Part shown: positions 56,501 to 64,000 of the stretch, in pieces
Layout of the letters: the number at the start of each line of letters is the position of its first letter
How positions within the stretch are numbered: the stretch's first letter is position 1
Assembly: GCA_045803545.1 (NCBI GenBank)
Contig: JBJMOW010000004.1
Coordinates: forward strand, 224,001 to 288,000
Direction: 5' to 3'
Length of the DNA: 64,000 nucleotides
DNA from: Gemmatimonadaceae bacterium
GTDB taxonomy: Bacteria > Gemmatimonadota > Gemmatimonadetes > Gemmatimonadales > Gemmatimonadaceae
Program-made: the position numbers and the translations under genes
The notes under the pieces: generated by a model
Database searches by the model: none
Seen by the model: only the letters and a program-made list of their open reading frames with translations
What the model was told of the DNA's origin: nothing

Positions 56501-58387
56501 TCAGAGAGAAAAGACAAAGAGATATCCTCCCCACGACGTCCATCGACTGATGTCCGGCAGTGTCGTCCCTCTTTCTCGGACATCGTAGGGCAGGTTTGCG
56601 GCGACATCGCCGGCGATTAACAAACCCATGTCTCCACCAATTCCTGCATAAATCGCCACATACTGTTTGCCGTCGGGACCGGTGTAAGTCACAGGATTGC
56701 CAACCACCCCTGATCCCACCTTGAACTGCCACAGAACTTTTCCATTGCGCGCATCGACCCCCTTGAACCATCCATCGAGCGTTCCGTAGAACACGACGCC
56801 GCCGGCAGTCGCGAGCGCACCACCCCACACCGGGTACGGTTCCTTGATGCCCCAGACTTTCTTGCCCGTAGTCGCATCCCAGGCGATGAACTCGCCACGG
56901 TAACCGCCTGGCCCGCCTTTCTCCGGCGCGTTTCCACCGATGAACGGCGTGCCTGCGATGTAGGTGACTGATCGCGCTTGAAAATCCATGCACAGGTTGT
57001 TCGTCGGCACGTAGAACAAACCGGTCAGCGGTGAGAACGCCGCGGGCTGTTGGTTCTTCCCGCCTTCGAGGCTCGGACAGATGTCCTTAATGTTCTTGTC
57101 CTGCGCAGTCTTCTTCGTCTCGACGACGTTCGGTCTTCCCGTCGACATGTCGATTCCAGTCGACCAGTTCATTGGCACGAACGGCTCGGCGAGCAGCACT
57201 TCGCCAGTCGCGCGATCGATGGTGTAAGCGAAACCATTTCGATCGAAGTGCACGAGTGCCTTGCGCATCTGCCCTTTGATCGGAAGATCGACCAGAATGT
57301 TTTCGTTGACGGCGTCGTAATCCCACATGTCGTGGGGTGTCACCTGGAATGCCCACACCAACTCACCGGTGTCGGCATCGCGCGCCAGAATCGCCGCCGT
57401 CCACTTGTTGTCGCCGGTGCGTTGCGCTTCGTTCCACGGCCCCGGATTGCTCGTACCGTGATAGATCAGGTTGAGGGTGGGATCGTACGAGACCCAACCC
57501 CACACCGCGCCGCCGCCTGTCTTCCATGTATCACCCGGCCACGAGCTGACGCCGAGGTTCGCACCACGATCGTGCGCGTAGAAGGGTTTGAATTTCGGGC
57601 CGACTTTGACGTCCTGATCGGGTCCGATGTTGTACGCGCGCCAGATCTGCTTTCCTGTTGCGGCATCGAGCGCCGCAATCCAGCCGCGCACTCCCATCTC
57701 TCCACCGCTCGAGCCAACGATCACTTTGCCCTTCACCACGATCGGCGCCATCGTGATGGTCTCGCCGCGTGAGAGATCACCCATCTGCGTGCGCCAGACC
57801 TGATTTCCCGTCGCCGCGTCAATGGCGATGGTATGTCCGTCGAGCAGGTTGTAGAAGATTTTTCCGTCAGCGTAAGCCGCGCCGCGATTCACGACATCAC
57901 AGCACGCTCTCCCGATCGCCTGCTGTGCGTTATCGGGTCGGAATTTCCATTTCAGTGGTTGACCTGCTGTGGCAAGGTCGATCGCATACGACACGTTGGG
58001 GTAGGGCGTCACCACGTACATCGTGTTGCCGACGACGAGCGGCTGTCCTTCGTGTCCGCGCAGTACGCCGGTCGAAAATGCCCACGAGACCTTGAGATTC
58101 CCGACGTTTTGCGGTGTGATCGAAGCGAGCTCGCTATAGCGTGAGCTCGCGTAGTCTCCGGCAGGCATTTGCCATTCGCCAGCGGGCCCCGCATGAGCGA
58201 CAGCGATCCGTGCTCCCGAAACCGACGCTGCTCCGACGGCGGCGGTTGATGTCACTCGCGGTTCGGATGCAGCTGTAGTGTCTGTCGTCGTCGACCTGGT
58301 GGTGGCTTTGCACACTACCAGGGCGCCGGACGCAATGATCACGGCGAGCCGTACGGCGCGGCGCACCGCCGGTCGCACGAGTGTCAT
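56501..58387 (-). CDS. xoxF: PQQ-dependent methanol/ethanol dehydrogenase, probably lanthanide-dependent XoxF type
   Basis: FSTGVLRGHEG, ACCDVVNRG, GGEMGVRG, SNPGPW, WDYDAVNE (extra Asp), RNGF. Confidence 0.78.
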   Translation of the reverse strand: MTLVRPAVRRAVRLAVIIASGALVVCKATTRSTTTDTTAASEPRVTSTAAVGAASVSGARIAVAHAGPAGEWQMPAGDYASSRYSELASITPQNVGNLKVSWAFSTGVLRGHEGQPLVVGNTMYVVTPYPNVSYAIDLATAGQPLKWKFRPDNAQQAIGRACCDVVNRGAAYADGKIFYNLLDGHTIAIDAATGNQVWRTQMGDLSRGETITMAPIVVKGKVIVGSSGGEMGVRGWIAALDAATGKQIWRAYNIGPDQDVKVGPKFKPFYAHDRGANLGVSSWPGDTWKTGGGAVWGWVSYDPTLNLIYHGTSNPGPWNEAQRTGDNKWTAAILARDADTGELVWAFQVTPHDMWDYDAVNENILVDLPIKGQMRKALVHFDRNGFAYTIDRATGEVLLAEPFVPMNWSTGIDMSTGRPNVVETKKTAQDKNIKDICPSLEGGKNQQPAAFSPLTGLFYVPTNNLCMDFQARSVTYIAGTPFIGGNAPEKGGPGGYRGEFIAWDATTGKKVWGIKEPYPVWGGALATAGGVVFYGTLDGWFKGVDARNGKVLWQFKVGSGVVGNPVTYTGPDGKQYVAIYAGIGGDMGLLIAGDVAANLPYDVRERGTTLPDISRWTSWGGYLFVFSL

Positions 58388-58875
58388 CTCGGAATCAGGT
58401 AATCCTGCGCCGCAATTATCTGCCACCGTCCATTCGCGCGCTGCCAGGTGTCAGTGAACTGATATCGTCTGTCGAACGCGCCAGCACTGCCGCGGCCGCG
58501 GAGGTGAAGGACCCCGGTGACTACATGCACATCGCCGAAGTCGTGCAGCCTCATGCCTTCGTTGCGCGCCCACTCGACGCGATCGGGTCCATTGACGCTC
58601 TTGATCACCTCTCCTCTGTTCATCACCGACGCGTTCTCGGTATAGACGAACCTGGGTGCGAGCAATCTCTCGAACGTCGCCGCATCGCGGCGAGTCAGCG
58701 CTGTCGTCCACTGATCCTCGAGCTTGATCGGCGGGAGGTCCGCGCTTGGAACTCGCGAGACGTGACGAGGAATTGGGGTCGGATCTGGCGGTGGAGGGGC
58801 GCCCCTGCTCGCCTGTGAAATAGCGGGACCCACAACCACCATCGTCAGCAGAAAAGCAATCGAAGCTGCTCTCAT
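58384..58875 (-). CDS. Secreted NTF2-like (DUF4440) protein
   Basis: Signal peptide; D...FERLLA..F, FTDTW....GRWQII; ATGA overlap with the dehydrogenase. Confidence 0.78.
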   Translation of the reverse strand: MRAASIAFLLTMVVVGPAISQASRGAPPPPDPTPIPRHVSRVPSADLPPIKLEDQWTTALTRRDAATFERLLAPRFVYTENASVMNRGEVIKSVNGPDRVEWARNEGMRLHDFGDVHVVTGVLHLRGRGSAGAFDRRYQFTDTWQRANGRWQIIAAQDYLIPR

Positions 58876-58972
58876 CGAATCACTCCTGTTCGCGAGCACG
58901 CGGTCTTCAACTGCAACTCAGTAGCCATGACCGTAAGCGTGAAATAGCACCAATATTGCCCCTCGGCAAATC

Positions 58973-60289
58973 ATGGTATCTGCTGCGACAGCTCCGAGGG
59001 AAAAGAAGAAATCTCCGCACTTAACACGCGCGCTTCAGCACCGGAACTACCGGCTCTTCTTCAGTGGTCAGACGGTGTCGCTTGTCGGCACTTGGATCAC
59101 GCGCATCGCGACCAGCTGGCTGGTTTACCGTTTGACCGGATCAGTATTTCTGCTGGGCATCGTCGGGTTCTTCGGCCAGATTCCGACTCTACTACTTGCT
59201 CCATTCGCCGGAGTGCTGGTCGATCGGTGGAATCGTCACCGCATTCTGGTCGTGACACAGGTTCTGTCGATGCTGCAGTCGGTGGGACTGGCAGTTCTCA
59301 CGTTTGCGGGCACCATCACTGTCGTCGATGTCCTCCTGCTGCAGCTCGCACAAGGAATCATCAACGCCTTCGACACGCCCGCTCGACAGGCGTTTGTGGT
59401 GCAGATGGTGGAGAACCGCAGCGATCTCCCCAATGCAATCGCGCTCAATTCGTCGATGGTGAACGCGAGCAGAATAGTTGGGCCGTCAATCGGTGGTGTA
59501 CTCATCGCCGCTGTCGGCGAAGGATGGTGCTTTACCGCCGACGCGATCTCGTACATCGCAGTGATTGCGTCGCTGCTCGCGATGCGCCTCGACCACCCTG
59601 ACTTTGCACGCCGAGACACTCGCGTCTGGGAAGAGCTGCGCGCGGGATTCAGGTACGTCACCCGCTTCACTCCTGCGCGCGATTCACTCTTGTTGCTGGC
59701 CCTCGTCGGAACGATGGGCATGCCGTACACCGTCCTGATGCCGGCGATTGCGTCAAAGATTCTTCACGGTGGTCCGCACACGCTTGGATACCTGATGACT
59801 GCATCAGGCGTTGGTGCGCTCGCGGGCGCTTTCTACCTGGCGTCGCGCCGATCGGTGCTCGGTCTCGGCAGAGCGATCGTCATTGCCAGTATCACCTTTG
59901 GCGCCGGGCTCATCGCGTTCTCCTTCTCTCACATGCTCTGGCTTTCGCTCGTTCTGCTGCCGTTCGTCGGCGGCGGTATGATGGTCGAAATGGCATCGAC
60001 CAACACCATCCTGCAAACGATCGTCGATGACTCAATGCGGGGTCGGGTGATGGCGTTCTATACTATGGCGTTTCTCGGCACCGCACCGCTCGGCAGTCTA
60101 ATCGCTGGCTTCGCTGCAGCTCACATCGGGCCAATGAGAACGATCCTCGTCGGCGGAGCGAGCTGCATCGCGGGCGGTATCGTCTTCGCGTTTCGGCTGC
60201 CGAAACTTCGCGCGCGTGTACGACCCATTTACATCGAGCGCGGCATCCTGGTGGCGGCGGAAGTCGAAGGCGGCGCCAAGTCGTTATAG
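58973..60289 (+). CDS. MFS transporter
   Basis: RNYRLFFSGQ..S..GTW, GVLVDRWNR, PARQAF, MRGRVM, about 12 TM. Confidence 0.92.
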   Translation: MVSAATAPREKKKSPHLTRALQHRNYRLFFSGQTVSLVGTWITRIATSWLVYRLTGSVFLLGIVGFFGQIPTLLLAPFAGVLVDRWNRHRILVVTQVLSMLQSVGLAVLTFAGTITVVDVLLLQLAQGIINAFDTPARQAFVVQMVENRSDLPNAIALNSSMVNASRIVGPSIGGVLIAAVGEGWCFTADAISYIAVIASLLAMRLDHPDFARRDTRVWEELRAGFRYVTRFTPARDSLLLLALVGTMGMPYTVLMPAIASKILHGGPHTLGYLMTASGVGALAGAFYLASRRSVLGLGRAIVIASITFGAGLIAFSFSHMLWLSLVLLPFVGGGMMVEMASTNTILQTIVDDSMRGRVMAFYTMAFLGTAPLGSLIAGFAAAHIGPMRTILVGGASCIAGGIVFAFRLPKLRARVRPIYIERGILVAAEVEGGAKSL

Positions 60290-60382
60290 CATTATTCGCG
60301 ATCGCACCGAAGAAATCCGGGCGTGGGAACCGTAGATTATCGGTGCAGCCGAGTCGCGCGTTAAATCGTCAGTGAGGATCGC

Positions 60383-61015
60383 TTGTTCCAGGTAACGACA
60401 CCGACACCCCCCACAGCGCCCGTAATCGCGGTCGCCCCTCCGCGCGCCACGCCGAGTGCGAGCGCTATCTATCAGGGTTTTCGCGCCCAGCAGCGGGAGC
60501 TCACCAATCAGCTCGATGATCTGGACGGGACTCGGCGTGAGATCCAGGCGCAACTCGATCAGCTCGACGTGGGTGACGCTGGCCGAAAGCCGCTCGAGAA
60601 CCGGCTGGCTGACGTCGATACACGGATCAAAGCCGTCGATGGGATGCTGGCCGCGAATGCGAGTCAGCTCGCGCAAGCAGCTGCAATTCCGGGTGCGGTA
60701 GTTGAGCAACCGCCGCCCATGCCTCGTCAGGGTCCGCCCGAAGAAGCCTGGGTGCTCGGCGGAATCTTTCTGATCGTCGCTGTATTTCCCCTCTCAGTTG
60801 CGATGGCGCGCAGGATCTGGAGGCGCAGTGCGGCTGCGGTTGCGTCGCTGCCTCGCGACATTGCCGATCGCCTGCAGCGCATGGAGCAAGCGATCGAAGC
60901 GACAGCGGTCGAAGTCGAGCGCATCGGTGAAGGTCAGCGTTTCATCACGCGTCTCTTCACCGAAGCGGAGAAGGTCAAGGCGATCGGCGGAAAATCAGCC
61001 GAGCGGAATTCGTGA
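60383..61015 (+). CDS. Hypothetical coiled-coil membrane protein
   Basis: Coiled coil, one TM, EATAVEVERIGEGQRF C-terminal motif. Confidence 0.7.
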   Translation: MFQVTTPTPPTAPVIAVAPPRATPSASAIYQGFRAQQRELTNQLDDLDGTRREIQAQLDQLDVGDAGRKPLENRLADVDTRIKAVDGMLAANASQLAQAAAIPGAVVEQPPPMPRQGPPEEAWVLGGIFLIVAVFPLSVAMARRIWRRSAAAVASLPRDIADRLQRMEQAIEATAVEVERIGEGQRFITRLFTEAEKVKAIGGKSAERNS

Positions 61016-61996
61016 TTTGTTCTGACCGAGCCAACGATCGAAAGTAAGTAGCTCCGGATTCAACGACTTCGTCTCGCTGATGCTGCGCATGTCGCAGCAA
61101 TCCTGCTCGAACTCACTGTAGAACTGAAACATGTTGCCCAGGTCATCTGAGCCTGGGAATCCGAGCGCGCGGAACGCTGCCGGCGTGATCTCGTTGTACG
61201 TCACTTCCTTGCCCAGCGCCTTCGTCAGCGACTTGGCGAGCTGCGCACCGGTCTGGTGTCCACCGGCGATACCAACGGTTTGCCCGATCATTTCGTCGCC
61301 GCGCTCAAAGATCGCGTAGGCGACTTTCCCGATGTCCTCGGCGGCGATGCCGGCGAGCTTTTTATTTCCCATCGGCAACGTAAGGGCGAGCTTGCCGTCG
61401 GGGCCTTTCTTCGGGCCCATGCCGGAGTGAATCAGGTTGTCCCAGTAGAAGGAGGCCAGGAGGAACGTCGTCGGCACTCCCAGTTCCTTGAACGCTTCGT
61501 CCCCTTCGCCCTTGGCATCGAAGTGTGGAACCTTGTACTTGCCCATCAGCGTCGGCATGCGATCATCGGACAGCGGCACGAACTTGCGCGTGTCCTCGAG
61601 CGTGGACCAGATGACGTGGTGAACGGCGGCGTCCTTTGCTGCCTGCGCCATGTTCCGCGCGTGTGCCAGCTCCTTCTCCGGCTTTAAGTGGTCCCAGAAG
61701 AAGGTGACGCAAAAAGCACCATGCGCCCCGTCGAAAGCTTTACGCAGGCTTTTGACATCGTCGATGTCTGCCGCGACTACTTCCGCGCCGGCGTCAGCCA
61801 GCGCTTTTGCTTTGTCCGAGTTGGGATCGCGCGTCAGCGCGCGTAACGCGAACTGAGAGGCCTTGTCGTCGAGAATGGCGCGGGCGAGCCCTCCGCCCTG
61901 CGCACCGGTTGCTCCAACGACTGCGATGATCTTCTTGTCGGCGTGACCATCGAGCTTGGTTTTGCTCGATTTGCGAGGCGTCTTTCTATGGGACAT
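60995..61996 (-). CDS. NmrA/HSCARG family protein
   Basis: VVGATGAQGG, RALTRDP, HFDAK. Confidence 0.9.
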   Translation of the reverse strand: MSHRKTPRKSSKTKLDGHADKKIIAVVGATGAQGGGLARAILDDKASQFALRALTRDPNSDKAKALADAGAEVVAADIDDVKSLRKAFDGAHGAFCVTFFWDHLKPEKELAHARNMAQAAKDAAVHHVIWSTLEDTRKFVPLSDDRMPTLMGKYKVPHFDAKGEGDEAFKELGVPTTFLLASFYWDNLIHSGMGPKKGPDGKLALTLPMGNKKLAGIAAEDIGKVAYAIFERGDEMIGQTVGIAGGHQTGAQLAKSLTKALGKEVTYNEITPAAFRALGFPGSDDLGNMFQFYSEFEQDCCDMRSISETKSLNPELLTFDRWLGQNKSRIPLG

Positions 61997-62165
61997 GAGC
62001 GATCTCCGCTAGAGTCGAATTCATTCTTATCGAGAACTGACACGGCATATCCTGAGGTCCCGGGCAGAATTCGCAAGTGTCGACGATAGACCTGGCTGCC
62101 TAATCTGGAAACCAGCGGGCCTCGCCAGCCGTATAGGACTCAGCTCAGCCGCCAGCGAGGGACGC

Positions 62166-63482
62166 ATGCGCTCGATTTTCACCACCCGGCTTCAATTGTT
62201 GATTGCCCTGACCGTATCAATAGCGATTGCTCCGCAACGTAGCCCTGCACAGGTGTCCGTTGATACGGCGCGGGTGGCGGGCTGGCGATCAGACATTGCG
62301 TATTACCTCGAGCAATTGAAGCAACGCCACTATGTCTTTCGAAATCGGCCGCTTCCTCCGGGCCTGATCCAGGCCGCTTCTCGAGTCTCGCAGAACGTGC
62401 CCGTCTATAGTGATCAACGGATGCTGGCCGAGTTCGAGTATCTCGCGTCGTTCGCCGGCGATGGACACACCTACATGCTGCCATTTGGCGCGAGCAGAGT
62501 CCCTGCGCAAATGCTTCCGCTCAGAATGTACCTGTTCACTGACGGCCTTTACGTCATCGATGCGTTTGAAGGTTACGAGAAATGGATCGGCGCTCGCGTG
62601 ATACGGATTGGCGATACGCCCGCGGAAACCGTAATCGACCGCATGCGACCCGCGCTCAGCGTCGATAATCGGCTGGGTTACCTGTGGGTGGCTCCACCAC
62701 TTCTGAGTTTTCGCGGCATGATCGAAAAGTTTGCGGATGGAATCGACAACGGCGATGTCGCTATGGTACTGCGCCCGCGCGGCATAAAGAACGTTAGAGT
62801 GAAAATCCCGACCGTTGCCGCTCCGCCGTTGCGTGGAATCCCCAAACTACCGCCCTCCAAATTCGCTGATGCACCGCCAGCCCCGGTCTACTTGAGCAAC
62901 GTCGCGGAGAACTTCTGGCTCAGGGATCTCGCCAACGGCGTCCTGTATTTCCAGTTCAACCAGGTGATGGACAGTCCGCGGGAGACAATTGCGTCATTCG
63001 CCAAGCGCTTTGGAGACCACGTTGAGGAAACGAAACCAACCGCGATCATCGTGGACGTTCGTCACAACAACGGTGGTAATCTCTCGCTGTTGCCTCCGCT
63101 AATGGCCGCCTTCCGCGAATATGAAGCCGCGAATCCGGGCGGGCAGATCTACGTGCTGATGGGACGCAACACATTTTCAGCAGCGGAATTCTTCCTTGGC
63201 GTCATGGACGCGCAGACAAAGGCGATCTTTGCGGGCGAGCCAAGCAGCTCCCGACCTAATTTTGTGGGAGAGGAATCTCAGGTGGTGTTGCCGTGGAGCG
63301 GTGCGATGGGAAGCATCTCCGATCAGTATCACGAGACCATTCCCGGCGATCGACGCGAGTGGATTCAGCCGGAGATTGCCTATCAATTGAGCTCAACGGA
63401 CTACTTCGGCAACCGAGATCCTTTGCTGCAGAAAGTTCTCACCGCCATCGCAAGGAAGACGCGGTCTAAAGCGAAAGCTTGA
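62166..63482 (+). CDS. Secreted S41 family peptidase-like protein with PDZ-like region
   Basis: DGHT, DVRHNNGG, TFSAAE, GEP, IQPEI. Confidence 0.78.
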   Translation: MRSIFTTRLQLLIALTVSIAIAPQRSPAQVSVDTARVAGWRSDIAYYLEQLKQRHYVFRNRPLPPGLIQAASRVSQNVPVYSDQRMLAEFEYLASFAGDGHTYMLPFGASRVPAQMLPLRMYLFTDGLYVIDAFEGYEKWIGARVIRIGDTPAETVIDRMRPALSVDNRLGYLWVAPPLLSFRGMIEKFADGIDNGDVAMVLRPRGIKNVRVKIPTVAAPPLRGIPKLPPSKFADAPPAPVYLSNVAENFWLRDLANGVLYFQFNQVMDSPRETIASFAKRFGDHVEETKPTAIIVDVRHNNGGNLSLLPPLMAAFREYEAANPGGQIYVLMGRNTFSAAEFFLGVMDAQTKAIFAGEPSSSRPNFVGEESQVVLPWSGAMGSISDQYHETIPGDRREWIQPEIAYQLSSTDYFGNRDPLLQKVLTAIARKTRSKAKA

Positions 63483-63485
63483 GGG

Positions 63486-64000
63486 TTACCAGTTCCCCTG
63501 TTCGCCCATGACGTCGATCGCGCGTACCAGGCGGTCGGCAGCATGGCGCCAATTGGTCTGAACCGCGCGCTGGGCGGCGACTGCATTTCCGCTCTGGATT
63601 GCATCGACGATTGCGTCGTGCTCGCCACCAGCCGTCGGCACCGTGTCCATGAGCAGCGCGATATACATCCTTATATATCGCTCCGCCTGCGGCTTGACCG
63701 CTTCGTGAAGAGTTCTGAGCCGAGAGCCGGCCCCGGCTTCGACGTAGCGACGGTGAAAACGCTCATCGAGCTCATACAGCTTTCCCGGCTGGGCGCCCTT
63801 GGACGCTGAAGCGCGTCGGAACTCCGCGTTCAAGGCGGAGAGATCCTTGGCGAGGCGGTCGCGATCCTCTTCACTCAGTCGCGCCGCACTGCGAGCGGCC
63901 AGTCCCTCCAGCTCACCGACGATCTCCAGCAGCTCACCGACATCCTCTCGAGTGAGCGGGGCGACGGTCATCCGCGCCTGATGCGTCGTCGACGCGATGA
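63486..64000 (-). CDS. GntR family regulator, FCD domain (5' end outside the window)
   Basis: VAPLT..DVGEL..LEGLAAR, DERFH, EHDAIVDAI..H. Confidence 0.82.
   Translation of the reverse strand, partial: IASTTHQARMTVAPLTREDVGELLEIVGELEGLAARSAARLSEEDRDRLAKDLSALNAEFRRASASKGAQPGKLYELDERFHRRYVEAGAGSRLRTLHEAVKPQAERYIRMYIALLMDTVPTAGGEHDAIVDAIQSGNAVAAQRAVQTNWRHAADRLVRAIDVMGEQGNW

Noticed and set aside
1..64000. Prophage, IS element, defence system, tRNA or rRNA
   Set aside because: No integrase, transposase, phage, restriction or RNA-gene signatures recognised by eye.

Overview
GC-rich bacterial chromosomal window, densely coding, with no tRNA, rRNA, CRISPR array, transposase or integrase that I can see. 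Gene content suggests a soil Gemmatimonadota-like organism (inference only). Recognisable loci are two ABC exporter pairs, lepB, a SWIB protein, nfo and pruA; a cyanophycin locus (cphA, a short CphA paralogue, cphB); arfB and an AlkZ-type glycosylase; an RND efflux operon; copC/D and arsR-arsM-arsN2; an ECF sigma/anti-sigma module; and an operon for a probably lanthanide-type (XoxF-like) PQQ dehydrogenase. The most striking unexplained signal is non-coding: two diverged copies of a ~360-390 nt multi-stem element (10971-11329 and 16097-16486) bracket the cyanophycin genes. Their stems are preserved by compensatory base changes and G-U pairs on the + strand, which suggests a structured RNA or non-autonomous mobile element I do not recognise. 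Inside the bracket is a CphA paralogue that keeps the N-domain hydrolytic motif but lacks the ATP-grasp domain and the P-loop, and a cphB that appears to need a non-canonical start codon. Two further palindromic intergenic element types are present. All calls are by eye from motifs; no database searches were run.
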